A stretch of DNA of 59,866 bases, the filler included, from Piptocephalis cylindrospora (Eukaryota), in the NCBI GenBank assembly GCA_003614145.1. It is 5 parts of 5 records of this genome, joined end to end, with 100 filler letters (N's around TTAATTAATTAA, not from the genome) between each part and the next. Parts side by side here need not be neighbours in the genome. Positions count along the whole stretch, not along the records: positions 47,990 to 59,866 come from KZ987991.1; 4 more parts are not named here. The stretch is one strand, 5' to 3'. The notes beneath the pieces are model-generated. The model saw only the letters and a list, made by a program, of their open reading frames with translations. It made no database searches and was not told where the DNA came from. Positions within the stretch are counted from its first letter, which is position 1. Every line of letters begins with the position of its first letter. Shown here piece after piece: positions 48,050 through 59,866 of the stretch. Made by a program: the position numbers and the translations under genes.

Positions 48050-50440
48050 ATGCCTCATACACCCTCAGGTCCCTCCAAATCTACAGGAACTCCTGACCTG
48101 GAGGCGCCGCCCATCCAAAGACAGCCTCACTCTTCAGCCTTCTCATCCCCTCATGACACTTTCCGATACAGTATTGGATCCGCTTCTACATTCTCTGATG
48201 AATCTTCCCACCCTTCAGTCCGCGAACGTCCCGCCTCTTATCGAAAGCGGCCTAGCCGACTGTCCCATTGGTTCAATGGTCTGTCCTCCTCGACCAAGAA
48301 TCTCTTTTACCTATCCCCGGCTGGATTCCTGTTCTCTGCCCTATATATCGCCGACATTCAGGCGCTCTCCGGGACGGGGAAGGGCCTGTACATCGCCAAT
48401 GTCCCACTGCGGGCATGGTGCATTCTGCTCGGGACAATGTGGCTAGTCTTCTTTGGGTCCATCTTCCTCCTCCACATCATCCCCAACTTTTTCCACTACC
48501 TCTTGAGTCTTTGTGGAGTGCGTCGGCGTCGTACCTTTGGAAACCTCGGCCTTCTCCGCTTCCCCTTTGCCCTCTTTGCCATGTTTGCCTCTGGACTCAT
48601 CTTATGGGGACCGCTCATTCGGGGTGCCTTCCCGGATGGTCTACTCCCAGAGCTTCCTAATCCAGAATTTCCTCCTCCGTCTTGGGTGGATTGGGGCTAC
48701 CGTGGGCTCCTTGTGTGCTTTTTCTCTTCCCTTATCCTCCTGGCGGAAAAAATCCTCCTCCAGACCATTGCCACCTCCTTCCACGCCACTACCTATCGCG
48801 ACCGTTTATCCCGATCGAAGCAGGTCGCTGCCTTGATCCGGGATCTGGAGGGTGCTCTTTCCACCTTTTCTGGGGGGTTTTCCTCCCCAGGTGACGGTGA
48901 CTCCTCCATCAACAACGGATCTCTCCTCTCCCCCCTCCCCTACACCTTTACCCTAGATAGTGAGGATGACGGGGATGATTACGAGAAGGGCAGAGTACGA
49001 CGGGGGGGAGATTGGCGTCATATCCACCGAGTCATGGGCAAGGTTACCACCATGCTTGGGTCCCTTGCAGCCGAAATTGCTCTGGTAGGGGCGCGAGGAG
49101 AAGAAGGAGTATCTCCCGATGGGGCCTCCGCTTTGGCCTCTTCCCACGCTGCCCGTCACTTTGCTCGCCGCCTTCATCGGATGCTGTGTCCCTCTCCGAC
49201 CCATGCCCTTACTTCCTCACACTTGCATGCCCTTGGCCTGTTTCCTGAGGAGGGGGATGCGTGGGAGGCCTTGAAGCTCCTCGGCTCTGAGATCTCCCAT
49301 CGCCAAGTGGTCATCACTGCTGCGAGTACTCAGGAAACCCCAGGGCCAGGGCCCAACTACAATGACGCTCTGGACATGCTTCCGCCCATGCCAGAGGAAG
49401 CCGATGAATCTCAAGAGGCCTACGAGAAGAAAGGCACATATACTCCGAGAACCGAGGGCAGAGGTCACCCAGACACCCAGTCCCTCCAGGGTCCATACTC
49501 CACCCGTGGAGGCCTTACCCTTCATGAGACTATGTACGCCATGGAAGCCCTGTATAGGGAACGACGGACGTTGATGCGATCTATGCACGATCTGGACAAT
49601 GCTGTTGGGAGACTAGACTCTATCCTCCTTGTTGTCGTGGGGATCATCGACGTGCTCATCGGCATTGCCTACACGAATGTCACGGCCTCGGCGTACCTGG
49701 CGTCGGCGGGTTCCTTCCTTCTGGCTCTATCATTCATGATGGGCTCTACAGCCCAGGCGGTGTTTGAATCCTGTGTCCTAGTCTTCCTGCATCATCCCTT
49801 TGATGTGGGGGACACGGTAGAGGTGGAAGGGGAGAGGCTGAGGGTACGAGAGATGTACCTACTCCACACAGTCTTTTCCCGTCTTCCATCCAATTCTTCC
49901 ATGACTTATCCCAATCATTTACTCTTAAAGACCAGTATCACGAATCACCGACGATCCGGGGATCTGGTGGAGATGGTGACGGTGGACGTGGCGTGGGGCA
50001 CACCCACTAGGCTTATCCAGGCTCTGGAGGGACGGATGCGGTCATATGTCCGAAATCGACGACGGGATTTCTTAGGGGAGGGCTTTGTCCTAGCCATTCA
50101 TGAACTGTGGAAGGGTCATCGTCTCACCCTACGTATCATTCTGCCTTACAGAGGTAATTGGCATGATGGGCTGGCCATCTTGAAGCGTAAGACTGGCTTT
50201 CACCTGGCCCTTCGAGAGGTCATGGACGATTTGGGCATCCAGTACACTACGCCCATCTTCCGTGTCCAAGATACCCCGGTGGAGAGAGAGGAAGAGGGAG
50301 ATGAGAAGAAGAAGAAGCAAAAGATAGGAGAGGATGATGATGATGCCTGGTGGGCTCGCTCCCGTCGACCCTTTTACTTTCCCGCAGCCGGAGACCCTGA
50401 TGGGGGCGTCGAAGGAGATGGGGAGGGGGATGGATATTAA
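48050..50440 (+). CDS. MscS-like mechanosensitive ion channel (fungal Msy1/Msy2 type)
   Basis: LAEKILLQTIATSFH...YRDR, ERRTLMRSMHDLDNAVGRLD, FLHHPFDVGDTV, YPNHLL...ITNHRRS; multiple TM helices. Confidence 0.92.
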   Translation: MPHTPSGPSKSTGTPDLEAPPIQRQPHSSAFSSPHDTFRYSIGSASTFSDESSHPSVRERPASYRKRPSRLSHWFNGLSSSTKNLFYLSPAGFLFSALYIADIQALSGTGKGLYIANVPLRAWCILLGTMWLVFFGSIFLLHIIPNFFHYLLSLCGVRRRRTFGNLGLLRFPFALFAMFASGLILWGPLIRGAFPDGLLPELPNPEFPPPSWVDWGYRGLLVCFFSSLILLAEKILLQTIATSFHATTYRDRLSRSKQVAALIRDLEGALSTFSGGFSSPGDGDSSINNGSLLSPLPYTFTLDSEDDGDDYEKGRVRRGGDWRHIHRVMGKVTTMLGSLAAEIALVGARGEEGVSPDGASALASSHAARHFARRLHRMLCPSPTHALTSSHLHALGLFPEEGDAWEALKLLGSEISHRQVVITAASTQETPGPGPNYNDALDMLPPMPEEADESQEAYEKKGTYTPRTEGRGHPDTQSLQGPYSTRGGLTLHETMYAMEALYRERRTLMRSMHDLDNAVGRLDSILLVVVGIIDVLIGIAYTNVTASAYLASAGSFLLALSFMMGSTAQAVFESCVLVFLHHPFDVGDTVEVEGERLRVREMYLLHTVFSRLPSNSSMTYPNHLLLKTSITNHRRSGDLVEMVTVDVAWGTPTRLIQALEGRMRSYVRNRRRDFLGEGFVLAIHELWKGHRLTLRIILPYRGNWHDGLAILKRKTGFHLALREVMDDLGIQYTTPIFRVQDTPVEREEEGDEKKKKQKIGEDDDDAWWARSRRPFYFPAAGDPDGGVEGDGEGDGY

Positions 50441-50702
50441 TGAGGGAATATGTCAGAGGTGAACTTTTTCATTTTGTTTTCGATTATCAGCGCCTAGAGA
50501 TCACAAATGGATAGGATGATGGGATGATAGGAGCAATGGATGAGAAGGATCATAGACTAGAGATAAGTATGCGTTTATTACCCATCTCTCTTCCTCTTCC
50601 ACTAGACAAATCTCGTTTTTTTCTTCTATCCTCTGCATCCCCATTACTACTCAAGTATCTAATGCCGGTAAAAGGGAGAAAGGGGGAATGAGCAATACAG
50701 GT

Positions 50703-51894
50703 CTACTGCTGAGGAGTACGGGGGTTCCTGTCATTGATCAATTTTTCCATGAGATTCTTGACATCTGAATAGACCTTATCGGGATCATCCTCACAAGAGA
50801 CCTATAGGATAAAGGAGTGAGGGAATGAGGGAAAAAAAGGTGAATAGCTTACCCCATCAGGAATATCTTACCTTGAGAACCTTATCCTGCTGTTGGTAAT
50901 ATTCAATGACTGGGAAGGAGGTGTTGGTGAAGGTCGAGAAGCGTTTGCGAATGCTCTCAATGTTATCATCGACACGACCACTCGTCTCGCCCCGCTTGAG
51001 AAGACGTTGGAGCATGGTGGATTCGGGGCATTCAAAATAGAGAGTGGCGGTACTCTCCACAACGGTCTCCTCAAATTTAAGGGCTTGGTCCATGGCGCGG
51101 GGGAAACCATCAACAAGGAACCACCCTTTGTTGCTACGACGCATGGCCTTTTTAAGCAGGGCAATGGTTACCTCCATGGGGACGATCTTTCCCTCGCGGA
51201 TATAGTTCTTAATGAGCTCACCATACTGGGATCCGGGGCGACGCTGCTCTTCTCGCAAGAGATCACCGGCAGAGAGGTGCTCAAAGCCAAAGTCTTCGAC
51301 GAGCCTGGCACAGTTGGTTCCCTTTCCCGATCCAGGCCCTCCCAAAACAAAAATGACCATCATGTCACGCTTCTGCCAGGTTGGCTTTGCTCCTGAGGCA
51401 GAGGTCTGGGTGGGGGCCTGGGTGGTGGAGGCTGGAGTCGTGTAGCTTTTGAGTAGATCGGCTTCTTGCTCCTGGTGATGCTTCATGGCGATATCACGCT
51501 CCTCACGACGCTTCTTGGAGGCATCGTAGTTGATATTGAGCATCTTGTAGGCTCCAGTCAACATAAGAACGACGACAATTACGGCGATGGGATGGGGTCT
51601 CCAGGCACCACCAGACCTCTTGTCATCCTGGATGGATTCTTGTTCCGGGGAGGATTCCTTCTCACCCTTGGAATCCCGGGAAGTAGAGAAGGGAAGGCGC
51701 GATCCTCCTTGATATGGCAGGATAATGCTGTTGGAAGTCCGGGGGAAAGGACTAGTTCCGTGGATCTGGCCCATGGTCGACCAGGTCGACGACAGCCTGG
51801 AGACAGGACTAATGAAGGCCCGGGTTGAGAGGCCGAGGGGGCCAGCAAGAGACGGTGATCGGGTGAGGAGACGACGGGCGTTCATCCAGGCCAT
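50703..51894 (-). CDS. URA6: UMP-CMP (uridylate) kinase with long N-terminal presequence and TM segment (intron 50871-50802)
   Basis: VIFVLGGPGSGKGTNC, HLSAGDLLREEQ, GKIVPMEVT, FLVDGFPR, RGETSGRVDDN. Confidence 0.93.
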
Positions 51895-52717
51895 GGCGTT
51901 TGCTGTATTTGAAGGGAAGGGGGGAGTGGAGGTGTGTCAATAAAGAGAGCAGGAAGAGAAGAAGGCGCTGGGAAGCGCGAACCGGAGTGGACACCAAATT
52001 CTCACTGTCGAAAGACATCTGCATGATCCGCATGAACGGTTGGACGATGCGTACTCTAGTTACTTCTTGGTTGTTTTCTGGTTGTTTCCTGGTTTCAAGG
52101 GTGGTTGGTCTGGTTTCAGTCTTTTGTGTGTGCAATGCCTTACTGCTGGGGAAAGAATAGAGGCTAATAATGTGGTGTCTCTCCTTGCCCCGCCTCTGGA
52201 GCGACTGCAAAGCTGTGGAATCCACCAGCTTTCTCTGTCTCCACTTCTGACTGGTCCTCCTGATATCACCACTCAAGCCCTCATCCTTGGACCAGGCCTC
52301 CAGAGTGTGCGTCTGTAAGGCTGCTACTGCTTACCTCCTCCCCATCCACCGTACTTCCCCGAGCCAGAGTGGGCAAGACCAACGGGCACACTCCGTGTCA
52401 GGCATCGCACTTTACATAAATGTAACCTGTTCCTTGAAGTCAAAGGTGGGAGATCCTCTCTTTCCTCATCCTTTTCTTTCCTTTACATCACTGTTCTCAT
52501 CCCTCTCCCTTCTTCATCCCTTTCCCGGTGCCTCCACTCCACCGTCACCCTGGTGTGAACAGTACGTTTTCATCTTGAGGGCCCTCTGTCCTCTTTTGTA
52601 TTGGGTGGGGCATGTCGCGTCCACGTCACTAATCCCGTTAACCCACCCTGTATGAATCGCAACTCCCTCTAGACTCCCTCTCTCTCCTCAGCACACACCG
52701 TCCATTTAGCATTCAGC

Positions 52718-53367
52718 ATGGTCAAGCTTCTTCAATTTCACTTTGGCTTTGAGTATGTTTACCTACCCTTTTACTTCACCTTGTCCGATACCATTAACTC
52801 ACCAACCACCCTCCCCATAATAATCATCCTACTAATAGACACGCTTGGTCAGATGTCACCTTGGCTTTTTGGTTAAGGTACCCCAACCCCTTTGCGTCCC
52901 ATGTCCTTGCTGCGGACGTGGTGTCGAGAAAGGTGGACCCCGAGACACAATATCTCCATACGACGCGCCTCCTCCTCAAGCGAGGAGTAGTACCCAAGTG
53001 GGGTCAGAGATTCTTCCGACAGAATGAGGCATACATACTGGAGGAGAGTGTAGTGGATGCAAAGGGCCAGAGGATGGTGACGAGGACGAGGAATCTGAAT
53101 CACAAGAAAATGATGCACGTGGCCGAGACTCAGAGATTCATAGTGGATCCCCGTAATCCCGAATGGACCCGAGTGACTACGGATGTCAAGTTCCAATCCT
53201 CTGTGGGCTGGGGCTTGACTGGGAAGATTGAGGGCTTTGGCCTGAACAAGTTCCGGGACAATGCCAAGAGGAGTCGGGAAGGGATGAATTTGGTACTTGA
53301 ACGACTTCGGTCCCGAGGTCTTCGATCCTTTGTTGCATCCCCTTCCCTTGCCGAACCTGCCATGTAA
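52718..53367 (+). CDS. UPS1: PRELI/MSF1-domain mitochondrial lipid transfer protein Ups1/PRELID1 (intron 52753-52838)
   Basis: MVKLLQFHFGFE|HAWSDVTLAFWLRYPNPFASHVLAADVVSR...LHTTRLLLKRG..PKW...YILEESVVD...TRNL. Confidence 0.92.
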
Positions 53368-53760
53368 TTCACGTCTAGCCCTCTTACCATCCATTTGTTA
53401 CTTCTGCTTTTATATGTGTTTAGGAGCTTGGTTTATAGGAATATCTTTGTTATTCCCATTCCGATGCATGTACTCATCAGACATGCACGAAGTGAACAAG
53501 GAAGACAACGTTGATCCCTAGACCAGGCGTTCCCACATAGATAGATGAGAGAATGATATATTTTCCAGTGATGATGATGAAATCATTTTATTTTCCCCAG
53601 TGAAGGTCTATTTTCCAGTGATGATAAGCCCATGCAACTAGTCATTTCGTTTCATTAAATCAAGTACATTTTATAGCCTTTAGGTGTTTTAGTACCATTG
53701 TCCTATAAAACAATAGCTACTTGATATAAACCCTTGGTAGTAGTACCATGCATGCTGGCC

Positions 53761-53837
53761 TATTGGGCGGGCTATGTGTTTGGATACCTAGCAGCCTACC
53801 CAACTGAGGGAAATATAAAGGGTTTATCTATCAATAT
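53761..53837 (+). repeat. Dispersed ~80-bp repeat, copy B
   Basis: Aligns with 38011-38088. Confidence 0.8.
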
Positions 53838-54386
53838 CGCCCTAAAACTACATGCATAACGCTCTAGGGTTTTTCAGATCATATAGTCGGTCTGGATTAT
53901 GGTGGAGATCCCATTTTTATTGCCATGCTGATAAAATTACTTCATCTACCTTCAGTAGGCGGGCAGACCGAAGAATATCTAAGCACAATACACGCCTAAA
54001 TGATCGACCCCACTTGTATTATTACTAGTATCTCTACGAAGAAATGATTCAACTTCCTGATATATCGTTCATCTCATTCTGCACACTAAGCAGCGCTGGG
54101 GAAATATGTGGTCCGACACACAATAGTGGTAAACAGCGAAATGTATTAGGGAAATGGTCCGAAACACAGTGCCGTCCGGTGGCCACAAGAAGCGAAAAAA
54201 AAAGAATAAAATTATCACGCTACCACCCAATGACTGGTAGCGGAGAGTAGAGATGCTGCTTCTTTCCCTGGTATATAGTGTGCGCGTTCGCTTTCTCCTT
54301 TGAAGAGGGCGAGAGGACCCTAGCCTCTAACTCTCTTTCTTTCCCCAGTCTTCTCCTCCTCCCCAACCGTTTCCTTACTGATCATC

Positions 54387-56743
54387 ATGGGTGGAATGGG
54401 CCGTAGAAACCGGGCGACTCAGCTCCCCACCAATCTCCCCGCGCTGCAGAATCTCATCAAACGGGATCCTCAATCATACCGGGAAGAGTTCCTCCTCCAG
54501 CTTCAGCATTACGAATCCTCTTTGGCCATCCTTCGACTGGAACCCGATGGGGAGGCCAAAGAGTTCTCCGAGCAAGTTACCTTCCTCAGCCACGTTACTA
54601 GCTGCTACCCTCGGGAATGTGAGGCCTTTCCGGACCAGCTCATCTCCCTGCTCCAGGAACACCATTTGACCCTGAACGCCGAAGTCCGTCGGACACTGGT
54701 TCAGGCGGTGATCCTCCTGCGTAACCGACAGGTTATCTCAACGATCGGGGTCCTGGAGCTATTCTTCACCCTGTTCCGGTGTCGGGACAAGGCGCTCCGA
54801 TCTATGCTGTATGCTCACATTATCACGGACATCCGTAATGCCAATGCGAAGAGCCGAGACAACAAGATGAACAAAGTACTGCAAAACTACATGTACACAT
54901 TACTCGAGCAGGCCGATCAGGGGGCCGAGCAGGCTTTGGCGGCCAAAAAGGCCATTGAAGTGTGTGTCGAACTTTACCGGAGACGTGTGTGGAGTGATCC
55001 CAAGACCGTGGACATTCTGGCCCAGGCTTGTTTCTCTAAGGTCAACCGTATTTCCTTGGCCGGTATTCAGTTTTTCCTCGGGATCGATGAGGACCGTGGG
55101 GCTGGAGCTGGAGACTCAGACTCAGATGGGGAGGGTGGGACGGCCCAGGACATCCGGAAGCTGCAGCACGCAGCTCACGTCGGTGGAAAGTCTAAGACGC
55201 GCACCAGGAAGATGGATAAGGCTGTGGCGGCGGTGCGGCGTCGGGAAACACGGGAGAAGCGGGCCGAGGTCTTTCACTTTTCCGCCTTGCACCAGCTGCG
55301 TGACCCTCAGGGATTTGCTGAGCGTCTGTACCATCGAGTCTCCACGGGGAATGCACCTATTGATGTGCGTATCCTGGAGATCAAGTTACTTGCTCGGGTG
55401 ATCGGTGTGCACAAACTCGTCCTCCTCCCCTTCTACTCGTACATTCTTCGGTATCTTCAGCCTCATCAACGCGATGTCACGGCCCTCATCACCGCAGTGG
55501 CTCAGGCAAGTCATGAAATGGTACCTCCGGATTCCTTGGAGCCGGTCCTAATGGCCCTGGCCAACAACTTTGTTGTTGACACTGTGGCCCCTGAGGTGGT
55601 ATCTGCTGGGTTGAACGGTATTCGCGAGGTGTGTACCCGTGCGCCTTTGGCTATGACCGAGACCTTACTACAGGATCTGACCGAGTACAAATCCCATCGG
55701 AACAAGGGTGAGTGTTTTTTTTGTATCGAGAAAGAGGAGAGAAGGCAAGGCTCATGATTTTATCTGTGTCTAGGTGTAATGATGGCATCTCGTGGGCTGA
55801 TTGGTTTGTTCCGTCAGCTGAACCCGGAGCTATTGAAGAGAAAGGATCGGGTAAGTTTCTTATTTAAAGTGCTGTTGATTCCCCGCTCATCCCCTTATCC
55901 CGTCACACTCTTAGGGCAAGTCGGCTAGCATGGGATTAAAGAATTTCAAGACGCTTGGATATGGTGAGATTAATGTGGCCGATCAGGTGGATGGAATGGA
56001 TCTGTTGGAGGGGCCACAGAGTGAGGAGGAGGAGGGGGGAGATAATCCGGGAGAGGGATGGGAGGGGTGGGAAATTGCCAGTGATGAGGACGAAGAAGAA
56101 GATGGAGAGGAGGAGGTATGGACTGATGTCCTTAATGGAGAGGAGGAAGATGACAAAGGTGAAGAGGATGTGCAGGAAAGCGAGGAAAAGGCCAAGCCTG
56201 CAGAGACACTTCGGTTCCTCTCTGAAGAAGATTTTAGGAAGATTCGTCGGAGAAAACAGCGACTGGAGGCGGAAAAGCTGGCTGGAGTTACTCCCCGATC
56301 CAACGGGAAGGGCGTAAAGAGGTAAGTGATTTTTTTGAGATACTAGACAATGAGGGAAAAGGTGTCTCTAATCATCTTGCACTTCCTTTAGATCCGCCCA
56401 AGCTATGCCAGTGGAGGATGACGATGGAGATGACGATGATGATAGTGACAGAGATAATGGAGAGATTATCCAAGAGGCTAAGATCATTGGCCATAGAAAG
56501 AAGGCTCGTCAGAGCTACGAGGAGAGACTGGAGAGTATCCGGGAGGGTAGGGAGGGCCGAGTCAAGTATGGAAGCAAGAAGGGTAAGGAGCGAGGAAGCA
56601 CGACGAACCGGGAAAAGGCCAAGAAGAAGGCATTTATGATGGTGGTACACAAGAATGGGATCTTCAAAAAGTCCCGACTTTCCCTTCGGGAGAAGCAAAT
56701 CCATTTGCGGAAGCACATTGATCGGCAGAAGAAACAGATGTGA
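54387..56743 (+). CDS. SDA1: 60S ribosome biogenesis factor Sda1, 4 exons
   Basis: NLPALQNLIKRDPQSYREEF, LRDPQGFAERL, YLQPHQRDVT, GLNGIREVC, acidic region, STTNREKAKKKAFMM. Confidence 0.96.
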
Positions 56744-57403
56744 TGGGTGGAAAGAGATTGGAATAGAGTGAACTGGTATGCATTTTGATGTTCTTGGCGT
56801 AATGGTCTTTTTATGAGATGATGTGGGTCTCAAAGTACTATGTATCAGATGATCAATGCTACGGTATGGCTGGATCAAGTCACTGAGGCCGGAATATTTT
56901 TCCATCACTCCCATCATCCCCACTGTTCATACTGCACTGCGGATTTTCTCTTCTATTATCAAACATGGGCACAGATAAGGTTCCTCTTTTCTGTGTCCAG
57001 ATTATATCAGCCAAGCGCATCGTTCTCCTCTCGTTGTGGGCTGTCCATGTATGAGAGGCAGGAATAACCATCTTCTCCGCCAAGCACACATTGAATATCT
57101 CATGTGGGATGACGGTTAATTTAGTGCCCGCCCCCTTCCATCCCATACGCATGCAACTGACCCATTATTATTTCAAGTCCCGACCGACTCCGCCAAACGT
57201 ATCACTTCCACACATGCAACATATTCTTTCTTTCCTTCCCTTCCCTTCCCTTCTCTTTCTTCTCTTTTTCCTTACATCAATTCACTCACCCTTCCGCCCC
57301 TCCATCCATCCCTTCTCTCCCTCCTCTCTCTTTCTCCCATCTTCAATATCCTCTTGCTACAGCCACAGAGCCGGTCCCTGTGTTTCTCACCTCCCAACCC
57401 ACC

Positions 57404-58903
57404 ATGCGCCCTTCCCTCCTCTTCTCTCCTCTTCTCCTCATCCTCCATTCTTCTAGCGCCCAAGCAGAGCTTGTAGCTTCGGTAAATGGCACCATCCTTT
57501 CTCATATTCCTAGTTCAACCCCCTTCGAGCTAGACTCGAATGATCGGGCCTCCCGAATGGGGATGAACCTGCTATTGCCTTGGAAAGCCAATACAACATC
57601 ATGTGAGCCGGTCCTGGAGGTGGAGGATCCTAAGCAGGCAGCCCTGAAATTGACCTCCCGATACACTGAATCCATCCTATTTACTGAATGGACAAGTGCG
57701 GAAAATGCTGGATGCGAAACCTTTACCGACGTGGCCAACGCCGCCAAGGCCTATTCGGGCTCCCTAAGCATCATTGTTGTCCCCCCAGCCCGTACTATTG
57801 TCATTTCCTCCGGAGTGGAGAGTGCGGACCCTAGATACCCCTTCTCTCCCCTCCGACTCCCCGGTCTCTACTCCTCCCAAGGCCGACCGGATGGTCGGGT
57901 CCGCGGAATGGACGTTGTCTTGGCCACGGTAGAAGACGTGAAGGTGCTTGCCACCTCCATCCAGGATAAAGATGAGGCTGTGGTATACGTGGTGTGGGAT
58001 GAGGGTCCATGGAACCTCTTGTTCCTCTCCATCCCTTACACCACCCTTCTCCTCTTCCTTTTCCTCGCCACCGTCGGCGTCATCCTGTGGGCAGGGTGGA
58101 GCGCGGGACGGGTCATTTATCTAAAGCAGTGGCGCGCAAACCTCCGTAACTCGGTCTTCCTCCTCTCTCTTGTCTCAGCGCTCTTCTTCCTTCCCGTGTT
58201 TTGGCTTCGGGATCGCTCCATGCCCTGGATCGTCCTCCAGGCCCTGGTGTCCCTGTTTGGAGGCTGGGCGCTACAACTGATGCTTCTCCTCTGGACCCAC
58301 ATTTCTCTTGAGGCTTGCCCTCAGCGCAAGACAGTCCTGTTCCTCCGGATTCTTATTTCCCTTTCCTGCCTCATTCACACCGTCAATTTTGCCCTCACCA
58401 TCATCATGATCACCCCGACCGGGAAGAGCCTCTCTTCCGCCGGGACTCTCGCCCTGACCATCCTCAACGCCCTGACTTCCCTGGTCCTCATTGGTATCTT
58501 TATCCTCTACTCTTTGCAATTTCACTGGAGATCGGCGGTCCAGTTTATCTCCCCCACCTCCAAGGCCACTCTCACCAAGCTGACTCATCTCTCCTGGACC
58601 GCTGCTACCTTCCATGCTGGCGTCCTCATCACCAATCTCATCTCCCAATTCCGGGCTCCCTCCACCCCAGGCCTCCTTTTGGTCCAGTCCGTTGCCCTCT
58701 ACTTCCTCATGTTCATGCGGATCTCCGTTCTCCTCTGTGTCCTCGGGGTCTCTCTTCCCCGGTCCACCCTGACCCCTTCCTCCAAGCGCAGTGGTCCCAG
58801 CGGAGGCTATAAGGGCAGTGGGACCAGTAGTGGGGATAGGATGGCTTCAGCCCCCACCCCTTATGGTTATACCGAGAACCCAACTCCTGGTCATCATGTT
58901 TGA
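57404..58903 (+). CDS. Orphan membrane protein: signal peptide, PA-like ectodomain and seven TM helices
   Basis: MRPSLLFSPLLLILHSSSAQA; ~190-aa ectodomain ending EGPWN; seven hydrophobic segments; S/G-rich cytosolic tail. Confidence 0.8.
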   Translation: MRPSLLFSPLLLILHSSSAQAELVASVNGTILSHIPSSTPFELDSNDRASRMGMNLLLPWKANTTSCEPVLEVEDPKQAALKLTSRYTESILFTEWTSAENAGCETFTDVANAAKAYSGSLSIIVVPPARTIVISSGVESADPRYPFSPLRLPGLYSSQGRPDGRVRGMDVVLATVEDVKVLATSIQDKDEAVVYVVWDEGPWNLLFLSIPYTTLLLFLFLATVGVILWAGWSAGRVIYLKQWRANLRNSVFLLSLVSALFFLPVFWLRDRSMPWIVLQALVSLFGGWALQLMLLLWTHISLEACPQRKTVLFLRILISLSCLIHTVNFALTIIMITPTGKSLSSAGTLALTILNALTSLVLIGIFILYSLQFHWRSAVQFISPTSKATLTKLTHLSWTAATFHAGVLITNLISQFRAPSTPGLLLVQSVALYFLMFMRISVLLCVLGVSLPRSTLTPSSKRSGPSGGYKGSGTSSGDRMASAPTPYGYTENPTPGHHV

Positions 58904-59813
58904 ATGCAATGATGAGGAGGAGAGGTGTGATGTCTGTCTTTTGACCATCCTCTTAGAGTGCCATTTGGCAGAGTAATCAAGGTCAATATGGAGAAATCAT
59001 ATACTTTCATCTCTTTTCATTTCATTTTTTGTCATCCTTCTGAGAGGGCCATCTGTGGATTCAGGACGCGAGATATGCTAGCGCTGGTCCGAGAGGATCT
59101 TCTGAAGAAGGGGGGAGACCGTGCATGGGCGGGTCATCCTCCTGAACAAGGTCACTCTGCATTCCCATTGACCATAGGAACATGGATGAGAAGAACCCCC
59201 GTCCAGTCAGTACATCATCAGACCTAATAGGGGAAAGGGACGCAATGTAGGTGATGGGTAGGGAGGATGTTAAATCTGGGGATCCACATCACCCCTTCCA
59301 TGGGATGAAGGATCGGTGTGGGGAATAATAGGTTATGTACGATGTGACCAGGCTACATGGAACGTCCCCTTTGTCCTCCCCACACCAAGGGTTCATGCAT
59401 TCCATTTCTGTATATAAGCCTTTGTCATTGATTATTGGCGCGTCTTCTCCGCCCATTTAAGCCAAGCTTTTTAGAGGAGTAGAATGTGTGAAAATACCAT
59501 AGCAAGATTCGGAAGGTGAGCACTAATGGCATGTGTGGCTAGGGATGAGGAAAGGCGGAGGCTGTGTGGGTGCATACGTCTGGGGGGAGGGATGAATTCT
59601 GAGCAATTCAAGCATGATCTGTCCCTTGTGTGTATGGGAATACAAGAAAAAAGAAGGAAACCTGGGCAGTTCAGCATGATCTGCTCCTGGGGGATGGGAG
59701 TACAAGCTGGTGGTGGAAGAAGATGGGGACGGCATGTTCGGGAAGATCCGCTTGAGCAGAGCAGGTGGAGCTAGGGATGGGATGGGGGTGACGGAGGTGA
59801 TGCAACTCCGTCT

Positions 59814-59814
<1 letters not shown>

Positions 59815-59866
<52 letters not shown>
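59815..59866 (+). repeat. Poly-C run at contig end
   Basis: About 52 consecutive C. Confidence 0.95.

Noticed and set aside
1..59866. CRISPR arrays, rRNA, tRNA or prokaryotic operons
   Set aside because: No regularly spaced repeats or recognisable cloverleaf/rRNA sequence; the sequence is spliceosomal-intron-containing eukaryotic DNA

Overview
Compact, intron-poor eukaryotic DNA, most likely an early-diverging fungus; gene content and style suggest a Zoopagomycota-type genome (inference only). The window is five unrelated ~11.9-kb contigs (1-11906, 12007-23910, 24011-35903, 36004-47889, 47990-59866) joined by N44-TTAATTAATTAA-N44 linkers, so neighbourhoods across linkers mean nothing. Recognisable conserved genes: VPS60, ANKRD40-like, Gbp2/Hrb1-like and Vip1-like RRM proteins, CDC27 (partial), HUT1, RAD6, GST-zeta/MAAI, GLR1, RAV1 (partial), ENT3, MRE11, CDC23, an MscS-like channel, URA6, UPS1 and SDA1. 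Less ordinary content: a tandem trio of orphan secreted helical proteins with a shared promoter motif; a fourth similar gene split by a solo LTR (5-bp TSD; three family copies in one contig); an XPG/FEN1-family gene missing 6 of 7 catalytic carboxylates; an intron-hosted snR190 + U14 snoRNA pair in a non-coding host transcript; a foldback made of two Tc1 3' ends; a stand-alone USPL1-like zinc ribbon; a SEL1-repeat protein with a kinase-tail stub; and an orphan PA-like ectodomain + 7TM receptor. All homology calls are from recalled motifs read by eye; no searches were run.
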